A stretch of DNA of 64,000 nt, from NCBI GenBank assembly GCA_036785375.1, contig JAWMAR010000107.1, forward strand, positions 4,216,001 to 4,280,000, read 5' to 3'. The translations under genes were made by a program, and so were the position numbers. Of this stretch, positions 1-12,486 are shown in pieces. The notes beneath the pieces are model-generated. The model did not search any database. It was not told the DNA's origin and saw only the letters and a list, made by a program, of their open reading frames with translations. The DNA is from Leucoraja ocellata (taxonomy: Eukaryota). How positions within the stretch are numbered: position 1 is the stretch's first letter; each line of letters starts with the position of its first letter.

Positions 1-770
1 TGAGCCCAACTATGCAGCTTCAGTTCCACTGGGATCAAGGAACCAAATGTCCAGAGTTGTGCTGAGCCACACCCTTCATTCGGGTTTAGTGCCAGCAAGC
101 AACGCCAAACTTTGTTCCCAAGAGACATTTATTAAATTGAATATGAATTATGTCTTTTTATGTGTGCATTGTGCTGTATGTTCAGCGTGAGGATTTCAAT
201 TGTGGATGAAGTTTCCAATAATGTGCAGGGATAGTTTAAGGATGCACTGGAAATTTTTTGTGATACCAATGCCGTAATCACAAGGCTCTAACTATCATGA
301 CTGAAAGGGCTGGAATTGTTATTCGAACAATTTAAGACATAATTTATACAATTATAAAGGAGCGTTAAGAGCACTGAAACAGGCCTGTCAATCCCTCGTA
401 TACAGTACATGCCAAGCATCGTACGCATCTGTAATAAGCTCATTTATCAGTAAATGTTCATAACGATGCATTGGCAATTCAAGTTATCATCCCAATACTT
501 TTTAAATGTTATGAGAGTACCTACTTCTGCCTAATTCTAAGGCAGTGTGTTCCGAATTTCTCACATTCCCTCCAACTCTCCTACGTCTCACCTTAAACCT
601 ATGCTTTGTTTTAGATGCTTCTATTATGGACAAAACATTCTGACTATCAGCCTTAACTATGCCTCTCATAATTGAGTATAATTCTATGTAGGTTGGAACT
701 ACAGATGCTGGTTTACACTGAAGACGCAGTAACTCAGCAGGTTAGGCAGCATCTCCTGCATCCTGCAGCA

Positions 771-1133
771 TAATTGACTCCAGCATCTTTCCCACCACCG
801 AAGTCAGGCTAACTGGTCTGTAATTCCCTGTTTTCTCTCTCGCTCCTTTCTTGAAAAGTGGGATAACATTAGCTATCCTCCAATCCATAGGAATTGATCC
901 TGAATCTATTGAACATTAGAAAATGATCACCAATGTGTCCACTATTTCTAGAGCCACATGGTTGAGGACCCTGGGATGCAGTCCATCAGGCCCCGGAGAT
1001 TTATCATCCTTCAGTCCCATTAACCTATCCAATACTATTTCTTGCCTAATGAAAAATTCTTTCAGTTCCTCAACCCCCTTCGATCCTCTGTTCTCCAGTT
1101 CTTCTGGGAGATTGTTTGTGTCTACCTTAGTGA
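771..1133 (-). mobile_element. CR1 LINE ORF2 fragment (region upstream of RT), degraded
   Basis: Reverse strand encodes a CR1-type DKSPGPDGLHPRVL...DWRIANVIPLFKKG...NYRPVSLTS segment with stops. Confidence 0.85.
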
Positions 1134-2867
1134 CTTCCTGATATAGAAGTGGCCAGAGGATCTGGGGTGACGGAGGAACCGAAGGAAATCCACATTAGGC
1201 AGGAAATGGTGTTGGATAGACTGATGGGACTGAAGGCTGATAAATCCCCAGGGCCTGATGGTCTGCTTCCCAGGGTACTTAAGGAAGTGACTCTAGAAAT
1301 TGTGGATGCATTGGCGATAATTTACCAATGTTCTATAGACTCAGGATCAGTTCCTGTGGATTGGAGGGTAGCTAATATTATCCCACTTTTTAAGAAAGGC
1401 AGGAGAGAAAACAGGGAATTATAGACCAGTTAGCCTGACATCGGTGGGGGGGAAGATGCTGAAGGCAATTATAAAAGATGAAATAGCCGCACATTTGGAT
1501 AGCAGTAACAGGATCGGTCCGAATCAGCATGGAATGGAATGCTATTTATTGTCATTCAAACCTAGGTTTGAACAAAATTACAATAAATAGCATTCTATTC
1601 CATGGATTTCCAAAGGGGAAATCATGCTTGACTAATCTCCTGGAATTTTTTGAAGATGTAACTAGGAAAATGGACAATGGAGAGCCAGTGGATTTAGTGT
1701 ACCTGGACTTTCAAAAAGCATTTGATAAGGTCCCACATAGGAGATTAGTGGGCAGAATTGGGGCTTATGGTATTGGGGGTAGAGTGCTGACATGGATAGA
1801 GAATTGGTTGGCAGACAGGAAACAAAGAGCAGGGATTAACTGGTCCTTTTCAGAATAGCAGGCAGTGACTAGTGGGGTACCGCAAGGCTCGGTGCTGGGA
1901 CCACAGCTATTTGCAATATACATCAATGAGTTGTATGAAGGGATTCAAAGTAACATTAGCAAATTTGCAGATGACACAAAGCTGGGAGGATGCTATGAGA
2001 ATGCAGGGTGACTTGGACAGGTTGGGGGAGTGAGCACATGCATGGCAGATGAAGTTTAATGCGGATAAATGTGAGGTTATTCACTTTGGTAGCAAAAACA
2101 GGAAGGCAGATTACTATCCAAATGGCGTCAAGTTGGGAAAAGGTGAAGTACAATGGGATCTGGGGGTCCTTGTTCATCAGTCTATTAAAGTGAGTATGCA
2201 GGTACAGCGGGCAGTGAAGAAAGTGAATGGCATGTTGGCCTTTGTAACAAGAGGAATCGAATATAGGAGCAAAGAGGTCCTTCTGCTGTTGTACAGAGCC
2301 CTAGTGAGACCACACCTGGAGTATTGTGTGCAGGTTTGGTCCCCTAATTTGAGGAAGGACATTCTTGCTATGGAGGGAATGCAGCGTAGGTTTACAAGGT
2401 TAATTCCTGGGATGGCGGGACTGTCATATGCTGAGAGAATGGAGCAGCTGGGCATGTACACTCTGGCGTTTAGAAGGATGAGAGGGAATCTCATTGAAAC
2501 ATATAAGATTGTTAAGGGCTTGGACATGCTAGAGGCAGGAAACATGTTCCCGATATTGGGGGAGTCCAGAATCAGGGGTAATTCTCCTTATTCTTAAACC
2601 ACAGTTTAAGAATAAGGAGTAAGCCATTTAGAACGGAGACAAGGAAACACTTTTTCTCACAGAGCGTGGTGAGTCTGTGGAATTCTCTGCTTCAGAGGTT
2701 GGGGGAGGCAGGTTTTCTGGATGCTTTCAAGAGAGGGCTAGATAGGGCTCTTAAAAATAGCAGAGTCGGGGGATATGGGGAGAAGGGAGGAACGGGGTAC
2801 TGATTGGGGATGATCAGCCATGTTTAGATTGAATGGCTCGAAGGGCCAAATGGCCTACTCCTGCACC
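1134..2867 (+). mobile_element. CR1 LINE, 5'-truncated, RT region with frameshifts/stops
   Basis: ORF pieces 1149-1424, 1529-1858, 2049-2597 with [39 protein letters not shown] motifs; CR1 3' end GGCCTACTCCTGCACC. Confidence 0.92.
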
Positions 2868-3411
2868 TTTTGGAAACCTAAGGAAAGATTTAGAAAGATA
2901 TGGGCCAATCACAGGCTGGTTGGACGAGTGTGGATGGGGTATCTTGGTTAGCATGGGCAAGTTGGGCAGCAGGGCCTGTTTCTATGCAGTATCGCTCTAT
3001 AATTCAATGAATGATATGATTGGCAGGGTAGCAGTTAGTAGAGAAGTTCCTTCACAGGTTGTCTCCCAGTGACCACTTGGATTTTTTCCATGTGCACCAG
3101 TTTCCTCCCATCTTTTATGACTGACAGGTTAAGTTGCGAAAAGTGCCTCCAATGTAGATGTGTGGTAGAAGAATCAAGGGGAGGGGCATACACGGGCGTA
3201 CAAGGAACAGGTAATAAGAAAACAAGAGGAGAATGGGGCTGACAGGTACGCTCTGACAACTGACACTTGATGAGCTGAGGTTGGTTGTGATGGGCTTCAT
3301 CTATGTTAATTTTGCAGGCTCTTTAAATGTTTTTCTATCCAGGCTGCAATGCATTGTCAGTCAATTAAAAATATCCCCATAAATATATTTGTCTGTGTGT
3401 AAAGGACAGTA

Positions 3412-3417
3412 TTTATT
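3412..3417 (-). promoter_or_regulatory. Candidate MED4 polyadenylation signal (AATAAA)
   Basis: TTTATT on plus strand about 740 nt beyond the MED4 stop in AT-rich 3' UTR-like sequence; use not verifiable. Confidence 0.35.
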
Positions 3418-4157
3418 TACAACATAGAAAACATTTTTAAACCACAAAATATAGATTTCAAACAATATTGTGCATACACATTTTATATCACAGTGAAATA
3501 ATCATTCTAACTGCCCTTATGAAAAGAAAAGTACTTTAGGACTCACACAAGAGGTGTCAAATGTTTGGAAGAGGATGGAGAATGGAATTCTCATATTTTG
3601 GGAAATGAGTTCTAACACAATTGCTAAGTCATCCTTGTAAAAACACTGATTTCAAAAAACATCTTGAAAAAAAGGCCTGGCTTTTTTTGTCACAGCTTAA
3701 CCTGTTACGAAAATGTATTTCATTCTCAGTAACATACGTATAACTGGTATGCAACAACTAAAAACTGCAATGAGATTCTATATCATCAGTTTCTGCAGTT
3801 GTCCTTACTGCACATGTTATTATAAACTTCTGGGAGTTTTGAACTATTTCAGGGGAATATATTTTCACCCTTTTCCCTAGAAAAAGTCATATACTAATGT
3901 GAAAGTACAAATTTGTCTATATTTTAGGACTTGAAAGTCTTAGAGAATAAAATTAATCCAAGACTTCTTAATTTAGTGTTATTTCCATCATCAACAATAC
4001 AAATAAACTGGATAGAAAATTAAGCTGTGCAGAAAACACATTAAGTATCATTTCAGTCATACACAGAACTTTATCTATCTCACAACAAAGGTTATCAAAA
4101 TATAAATATATTTGTATCGATTCTGCATCAACAATATCAAATGAGAAGGAACAGTCT

Positions 4158-4330
4158 TCAGTCAGAGTCACTACTGCTGCTTGAAGAATCAGTTGACATA
4201 ACTTCCACATCATCTTCGTTTTCTTTGTTATGTCCGGGAGGCTCCAGCATAAAATCATTGCTGTGATTTGGAGGCAATAGATTGAGGGGCATGTCATTTG
4301 ATTGCCATGGGTATTGAGGAGCAAGTACAT
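4158..4330 (-). CDS. MED4: Mediator complex subunit 4, last coding exon
   Basis: (D)[56 protein letters not shown]-stop matches vertebrate MED4 C-terminus; acceptor tttcag at 4331, phase 1, TGA at 4158-4160. Confidence 0.96.
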
Positions 4331-4454
4331 CTGAAATACAGAAATACCGAAAGTTAAAACGACCATGGTTGTATTTTATCCAAAACTGAAGTTTCAGAAT
4401 GAGTTTGCAGTAGATGCAAATGCCTTGTTTTCTCCAACACTTGCTCCATCTGGA

Positions 4455-6395
4455 ACAAAGGCAAGGCAAGGCAAGTTTATTTGTATAGCACCTTTCAACA
4501 AGAAGGTAATTCAAAGTTCTTTACATAAAACATTATAAGCATTGGAAAGAAACACATATGAAATGACATTTAGATGTAAAACGATTATTAGATTATTCAG
4601 ATAAAATAATTACAAAATTAAAAGCAATCAAATAAAATATTTAAAATAGAATAAAACCAGGAATAGAAGTTACAGTGCAATATAGGTAATTAATAAATTG
4701 TATTGTTTACTGAAAGGCAGTGGCAAACAGAAAAGTCTTCAGTCTAGATTTAAAAGAGCTGAGAGTTGCAGCAGACCTGCAGTTTTCTGGGAGTTTGTTC
4801 CAGATATATGGTGCATAAAAACTAAATGCTGCCTCTCCATGTTTAGTTCTGACTCTGGGGGCAGAAAGCAGATCTGTCCCAGACGATCTGAGAGGTCTGG
4901 GTGGTTCGTAGCTAAGCAGAAGATCAGAAATGTATTTTGGCCCTAAACCATTCAGTGCTTTGTAAACCAACAGTAGTATTTTGAAATCAATTCTTTGAAT
5001 GACAGGAAGCCAGTGTAAAGACCTCTGAACTGGAGTAATGTGATCGACTTTTTTGGTCTTAGTGAGGACTCGAGCAGCAGCGATCTGAATTAACTGCAGC
5101 TGTCTGATCGACTTTTTAGGGAGACCTGTAAAGACACTGTTACAGTAGTCGAGCCTGCTGAAGATAAATGCATGGACAAGTTTTTCCAAATCCTGCTGAG
5201 ACATAAGTCCTTTAATCCTTGATATATTCTTTAGGTGATAGTAGGCTGACTTTATGACTGTTTTTATGTGGCTGTTGAAGTTCAGGTCTGAATCCATGAC
5301 TACTCCTAAGTTTCTGGCTTGGTTTGTTGTTTTTAGCATTACCATTTGAAGCTGGGTGCTAACTTTTAATCGTTCTTCCTTGGCTCCAAAAACAATTATT
5401 TCAGTTTTTTCTTTGTTTAATTGGTGAAAATTCTGGTCCATCCAATCGTTGATTTGCTCAATGCATCTACTCAGTGCTTGTATTGAAGATTCAAACAAGA
5501 GCACTGAAGATTCAAACAAGAGGACATGACTTCAGAATTAAGGGACAGACGTTTAGGGGTAATAAGAGGGAGTACTTCTTTACTCAGAGAGTGGTGGCAG
5601 TGTGGAATGAGCTCCCAGTGGAAGTGGTGGAGGCAGGTTCATTGGTATCATTTAAAAATAAATTGGATAGGCATATGGATGAGAAGGGAATGGAGGGTTA
5701 TGGTATGAGTGCAGGCAGATGGGACTAAGGGGAAAAAAAATTTGTTCGGCATGGACTTGTAGGGCCGAGATGGCCTGTTTCCGTGCTGTAAATGTTATAT
5801 GGTTATATGTTATTGGACTATAGTCTCCTGGTGATATTGTTATGTAGATTTGTGTGTCGTCTGCGTAACTATGGTAACATATTTTGATGTTTTTCATGAT
5901 CTGAGCCAGTGGAAGCATGTAGATGTTAAACAGAAGAGGCCCCAGAATGGAGCCCTGGGGAACTCCACATGTAATTTTTGCACGCTCAGATGTGTAATTA
6001 CCTATAGACACAAAGTAGTCCCTGTAGGATTCAAGTAGGATTCAAACCATTTTAATGCTATGCCCGAAAGTCCCACCCAGTTTTCCAGAAGGTCTAGTAA
6101 TATGTTGTGATCGACTGTGTCAAATGCAGCACTGAGATCTAGTAATACTAAGACTGAAATTTTGCCATTGTCTGTGTTTAAGTGAATGTCATTGAAGACC
6201 TTAACAAGAGCCGTCTCGGTGCTGTGGTGTGGTCTAAATCCTGACTGGAAGACATCAAAACAGCTGTTCATTAACATGAAATTGTTCAGCTGCTTAAAAA
6301 CAGCTTTTTCAATGATTTTATTGAGAAATGGGAGGTTTGATATCGGTCTATAATTGTTCAGTAGTGAAGTGTCTACGTTTTTCTTTTTTAAGACC
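4455..6395 (-). mobile_element. L2 LINE, 5'-truncated, interrupted by a CR1 3' fragment
   Basis: ORFs 6002-6277, 5652-6011, 4707-5519 with FQSGFRPHHSTETAL, LDLSAAFDTVDH, GVPQGSILGP, YADDTQ, HWLPV..RIDFK; 3' tail (CTTGC)n at ~4455-4475. Confidence 0.92.
5486..5810 (+). mobile_element. CR1 3' fragment nested in the L2
   Basis: TRGHDFRIKG...FFTQRVVAVWNELP motif; L2 sequence resumes after it; TATTG repeated at both junctions (5481-5485, 5811-5815). Confidence 0.85.
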
Positions 6396-6744
6396 TCTTA
6401 GACACAAATGATCCCATTCTTACTCTTACTCACCAAAATAAAACCCAAATTCCTTGCGGAATGATTATTCCACCATACAGCATAATAGTTAAGTTAAGGT
6501 AGTTAATTACTGAATTATTGAAAGTAGAGTTTGAATTCTACCAGATCATTCAGGTGATTTAAATTCATGCAATTCAATGATTTTTTTTAAATTGACGCTG
6601 AAACTACCAAAGCATAATAAACAGCCCAATCTGGTCCTCTGTTGTCAAGGTTCAAGGTCTTTTATTGTCACGTACCAATTAAGGTACAGTGATATTCGAT
6701 TTATCATGGGAATTAAATCTGTTATCCTTACAGGTCCAGTCCAT

Positions 6745-7293
6745 CATATGCGGACGTGGCGTCGAAGGATGAGAAGCCGAAGCAAACAAGTCGAAGCCAT
6801 ATAGCCAAATGGAAACAAAGTCAAAACGCCAAATAACTGAAAGCATACGAAGCCGAAATGCCAACGAACCGAACGGGCGGGATGCCGAAAAGCCACCTAA
6901 CCGAAAGGCTGCATCGCCTACAAGCCAACTAACCGAATGCTGCTCTGCCGTAAAGTCAAATAATAGTCTGGAACAATCGTTTACAAGTCCCACCCCCCCG
7001 GCGACGTCATGTCCATTATTTGACTTTTCGGCAGAGTGACATTCGATTAGTTGGCTTGTAGGTGACGCAGCTTTTTGGTTAGGTGGCGTTTCGGCAGAGC
7101 AGCCATTCGGTGAGTTTGCTTTTAGGTGACGCAGCCTTTCTGTTAGTTGGCTTTTAGGCGTCCCGCCCTTTCGTTGGCTACTTGGCGTTTCGGCTTCGTA
7201 TGCTTTCGGTTATTTTGCGTTTCAGCTCAGTTTCCATTTGGCTTTGACTTCTTTGCTTTGACTTCTCGTCCTTCAACACCACGTTCGGGTACC
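6745..7293. mobile_element. Foldback non-autonomous DNA transposon (MULE-like)
   Basis: Two ~220-270 bp imperfect inverted arms with short reiterated motifs; 9-bp direct repeat CCAGTCCAT at 6736-6744 and 7294-7302. Confidence 0.65.
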
Positions 7294-7359
7294 CCAGTCC
7301 ATATGCAGGTACAGACTCACAACTAGGAGTAATTTGCAGTAACCAATTATGCGTACAAA

Positions 7360-9348
7360 CTAGCCAGAAAAAGCAGCATACCGGAGGACTGGGAGAAATT
7401 CAGAGACCAGCAGAGGAGGACGAAGGGCTTAATTAGAAAAGGAAAAATGGATTATGAAAGAAAACTGGCAGTGAACATAAAAACTGACTGCAAAAGTTTT
7501 TATAGATATGTGAAAAGAAAGAGATTAGTTAAAACAAATGTAGGTCCCTTGCAGTCAGAAACAGGTGAGTTGATCATGGGGAACCAGGATATGGCGGACC
7601 AATTGAATAACTACTTTGGTTCCGTCTTCACTAAGGAAGACATAAATGATCTGCCGGAAATAGCAGGGGCCCGCGGGTCAAAGGAGGTGGAGGAATTGAG
7701 TGAAATCCAGGTTAGTCGGGAAGTGGTGTTGGGTAAATTGAATGGATTAAAGGCCGATAAATCCCCAGGGCCAGATAGGCTGCATCCCAGAGTACTTAAG
7801 GAAGTAGCTCCAGAAATAGTGGATGCATTAGTAATAATCTTTCAAAACTCTTTAGATTCTGGAGTAGTTCCAGAGGATTGGCGGGTAGCAAACGTAACCC
7901 CACTTTTTAAGAAGGGAGGGAGAGAGAAAACGGGGAATTACAGACCAGTTAGCCTAACATCGGTAGTGGGGAAACTGCTAGAGTCAGTTATTAAAGATGG
8001 GATAGCAGCACATTTAGAAAGTGGTGAAATCATTGGACAAAGTCAGCATGGATTTACGAAAGGTAAATCATGTCTGACGAATCTTATAGAATTTTTCGAG
8101 GATGTAACTAGTAGCGTGGATAGGGGAGAGCCAGTGGATGTGGTGTATCTGGACTTCCAGAAGGCTTTCGACAAGGTCCCACATAAGAGATTAGTATACA
8201 AACTTAAAGCACATGGCATTGGGGGTTCAGTATTGATGTGGATAGAGAACTGGCTGGCAAACAGGAAGCAAAGAGTAGGAGTAAACGGGTCCTTTTCACA
8301 ATGGCAGGCAGTGACTAGTGGGGTACCGCAAGGCTCAGTACTGGGACCCCAGCTATTTACAATATATATTAATGATCTGGATGAGGGAATTGAAGGCAAT
8401 ATCTCCAAGTTTGCGGATGACACTAAGCTGGGGGGCAGTGTTAGGTGTGAGGAGGATGCTAGGAGACTGCAAGGTGACTTGGATAGGCTGGGTGAGTGGG
8501 CAAATGTTTGGCAGATGCAGTTTAATGTGGATAAATGTGAGGTTATCCATTTTGGTGGCAAAAACGGGAAAGCAGATTATTATCTAAACGGTGGCCGATT
8601 GGGAAAGGGGGAGATGCAGCGAGACCTGGGTGTCATGGTACACCAGTCATTGAAGGTAGGCATGCAGGTGCAGCAGGCAGTAAAGAAAGCGAATGGCATG
8701 TTGGCTTTCATAGCAAGAGGATTTGAGTATAGGAGCAGGGAGGTTCTACTGCAGTTGTATAGGGTCTTGGTGAGACCACACCTGGAGTATTGCGTGCAGT
8801 TTTGGTCTCCAATTCTGAGGAAGGACATTGTTGCCATAGAGGGAGTGCAGAGAAGGTTCACCAGACTGATTCCTGGGATGTCAGGACTGTCTTATGAAGA
8901 AAGACTGGATAGACTTGGTTTATACTCTCTAGAGTTTAGGAGATTGAGAGGGGATCTTATAGAAACTTACAAAATTCTTAAGGGGTTGGACAGGCTAGAT
9001 GCAGGAAGATTGTTCCCGATGTTGGGGAAGTCCAGGACAAGGGGTCACAGCTTAAGGATAAGGGGGAAATCCTTTAAAACCGAGATGAGGAGAACTTTTT
9101 TCACACAGAGAGTGGTGAATCTCTGGAACTCTCTGCCACAGAGGGTAGTTGAGGCCAGTTCATTGGCTATATTTAAGAGGGAGTTAGATGTGGCCCTTGT
9201 GGCCAAGGGGATCAGAGGGTATGGAGAGAAGGCAGGTACGGGATACTGAGTTGGATGATCAGCCATGATCATATTAAATGGCGGTGCAGGCTCGAAGGGC
9301 CGAATGGCCTACTCCTGCACCTAATTTCTATGTTTCTATGTTTCTATG
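7360..9348 (+). mobile_element. Young CR1 LINE, 5'-truncated, uninterrupted 600-aa RT ORF (7447-9249), antisense in a MED4 intron
   Basis: All RT motifs in one frame ([42 protein letters not shown]); no endonuclease domain; 3' tail (TTTCTATG)n. Confidence 0.96.
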
Positions 9349-9537
9349 CTCCCAATCAGAATGTCTTTGGTACATATATTGGAACTAGAGCATTCTGAAA
9401 CTGGAGAAAGTCATGCAATCTCAGAGAGAACATGCAGACTCCACAGAGACATGCTTGATCAGGATTGAACCCAGGTCGCTGGATCTGTGAGGTAACACCA
9501 CTACCTGCTGTCATAATCTATGCATAATAGATGTTAC

Positions 9538-9669
9538 CTGGTAATCTGCCTGCGGCCAATGCATCGCCAGGTAAATGCCCATTTACTCCATTGGTTGAAA
9601 GGTTACTTTGCTGACCCAGAATTCCACTCCTCATTTCCAGATCAGTAGGATATGGTCTCCTTGGATCAC
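9538..9669 (-). CDS. MED4: MED4 penultimate coding exon
   Basis: (G)[43 protein letters not shown]; ttag acceptor, gtaaca donor; 132 nt, phase 1-1. Confidence 0.96.
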
Positions 9670-10767
9670 CTAAATCAAAGCATATATCAGAATCAGAAGA
9701 CTTCCCAATGTGCAATAAACACATGTTTAATCAATAATGTTTTATTATTAGTGTTTAATGTATCATTCTTAACTGTCACTATGTCATGTTGTCACTTGTG
9801 GGCGGAGCACCAAGGCAAATTCCTTGTATGTGAATACTTGGCCAATAAACTTATTCTTTCATTCATTAGTGTGAAAAAGCAAACCTTGTTTCACTATTCT
9901 ATAATAATATTCAGTGTGCGACTAAATAGGTTGAAAATTAGAATATAGTTGCGCACACATTTCTATGACTGCCCCTTTCCCCTTCCACCCACATCCCTTC
10001 ATTTGGCTTAGGTTTCATTTTTTCTCTTTCTTACCTGGAATTCTTTTGTCTCCTTTTCACCTCCAGCCTTCGTTACTTACCCCACCCATCTGCCAATCAC
10101 CTTACCCACTCACCGGTATCCACCTATCACTTCCCACGGTTTGTCCCATCTCCAGCATTCTCTCCCTTATTCCAATCAGTCTGAAGAAGAGGCCCAACCC
10201 AAAGCGTTGTCTGTTCATTCCTTCCATAGACGTTGCATGACCAGCTGAGTTTCTCTAACGTGTTTTTAAACTATAAACGCAGGTCACATATTTCTGATTT
10301 TTATTCTTTCAGTGTGATCTAACTGATAATATTTCACAAGGTGACCCAATTGCAGAACAAGGAAGGTTTTACAACAAAATTGTTTTTCAGTGCTGATTAA
10401 AATAAACTTCAGGTCAGGAGGAAGATTCAAGGCATTCACAAGAATGATTATTGGGAAGACATTGAGGACAATTTGATAAAATATCATATTATAAACAATG
10501 GTGAAAAAGAATTCAGAGTTTTCAAAAATAAGAGGAGTGAGCCATTAACACCACAGGGAAAAGGTACAAGTATAATATATCTTGTCCTGCACCTTTCTAT
10601 GATTTCATACATTCAGTGCTGCTTTTCCTGCATTGAGGGGAAATATAAAACATTTAACAGTTTAAACATAAGTAGGAATATTTAATGTGAAATGGGTATT
10701 AATATTTAGGGCATTAGTACAATGGCATAATTAAAATATTGAATATCAAATACATTTTAATTCCTAC

Positions 10768-10854
10768 CTGGCACCCATGTTAATGGTGCTGCTACAGCAT
10801 TACTGGCACTTATCCTGTGAGCATATTTAATAAGTTCTTCAGACGAGATTGCAC
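10768..10854 (-). CDS. MED4: MED4 internal coding exon
   Basis: (G)[28 protein letters not shown]; ccag acceptor, gtagga donor; 87 nt, phase 1-1. Confidence 0.96.
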
Positions 10855-11306
10855 CTGGAATGAAAATTGAACAATTATTCCTTTCCAATCTGATCTCAGA
10901 AATAAAAACAGATTCAGCTGATCCAAACTCTTAAATAATATTGGGAATATTTTCTTGTTGTATTCTTGCAGAAAATCTCTACAAATGATCACTGTAGTTT
11001 TTTCAATGTTGTCAAAGATGTTTTAATTCTTGTCAGCATCAGTAAACATGCAAAATAATTAGCATCATAATTCCTCCTACAGAAGGTCAAGAATTTGCTG
11101 TGAACAATTGAAAAACTAATACAGTGACATTACAATTGAAATCAGAAAATCAGTATCATTATACAATTATTAAAAGCATACAGTAATATTTACAATCTAC
11201 AAATTTCCTCTGAAAAAATGTCTACAATAGAAGACATGCTTAATTGCCTCTGCACTGTTGTAGCAATGTACAACATTTAAGTAATTTTATTTTTAATTAT
11301 ATCTAC

Positions 11307-11364
11307 CTTTTCTTGCTTTCTCTATAGATTTTAACTTCTCTTTGGCTTGATACACAGCAGTTGC
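11307..11364 (-). CDS. MED4: MED4 internal coding exon (most 5' exon visible)
   Basis: ATAVYQAKEKLKSIEKARK(G), matches recalled human sequence; pyrimidine tract + aag acceptor, gtagat donor; 58 nt. Confidence 0.95.
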
Positions 11365-12486
11365 CTTGGGGGAGAAAAAGGTTGTATTTAGTATTTCATT
11401 TACTGGGCATCAACTTCCATTATTTCCTTACTGACACAAATTGTAGATATAAATGCATCTTTTTTAGAATTATAATCAACCACTTTACAGTTCCATTAGT
11501 TTCGAAGTCTTATGGAAGACTGACATCTAATAATGATGAAATTAAGCTTGAACAATGACATGATTCCAGAGAAATTTCCAAGAAACAGATCAAAACATAA
11601 TTCCATTTCTTTCAAAAGGTTCAAAATAATGCTAAATGCCCGTTATAAAGTCTGATAAAAATAATCAGTTTTAAGAATTGAAATGTCTATTATTGATATC
11701 TTCCGTGTTTTCGTGTGCATTTAAAGCAGCACCAGGTGAACACACTACCTGGCAGTAGAAACCTCTTTAAAGTACATTTGTTCAAATTGGAGAAAATCTT
11801 ACTGGCCAACCAAATAGTTAGCCAAAGCAGGTTCAACGACTGAATGTACTAACATCAGAATTAATATTTCATCTAGTCACATCCTCACTAACTCCTTGGA
11901 ATCAGAAAATTGAGTCAGTATATGACGAAATGCCTTATTTATGGAAAAGGAAAAGCCATTGTGCCCTATAGCTCCTTTGTCTTAGAGAAAAAACGGACCA
12001 ATATCTTGATCCGATAAACCACCATCAGATTGTGTTGCAGTCATTCACCAAAGATTAGTTGGGATCACCTGAGATTGTTGAGCATTAATTAGTTATTCCT
12101 ATTCTGCATCCACGTGTCATGTGCAGCAAAAACAATATCGAGCATCTCCAGGATCTAGAATAAGTCCTCAAAATTCCTATTCAAAGCTTTAACATTGCTA
12201 CCTGGAACAACACTATATCTGCTCAGGTTCATGCATTATGTAACTGGATTGAATAGAAGAAGATACTGGCAACCATATATTTTATATTATTGCAAAAGCT
12301 ATATTTACATACTTATTTCAATACAAGTTGGTTAAGAGCTAAATGATCTACAAAACTGGTAGAAATCATTTGTTTGATATTACCTATAGAAATAGACAAC
12401 AAACCATAGGTAAGATTGTTGTTGAGTACAAATATAGTTTAAATCATTAAGCCAGAGGATTTTGTTTCTTCAGGGCACACAAAGTA

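Noticed and set aside
6745-7293. Short reiterated motifs as a CRISPR-like array
   Set aside because: Vertebrate DNA; repeats are degenerate, inverted between halves and lack regular unique spacers
7447-9249. 600-aa reverse transcriptase ORF as a host gene or novel RT system (retron/DGR-like)
   Set aside because: Ordinary 5'-truncated CR1 ORF2 with CR1 3' tail and near-identical dispersed copies
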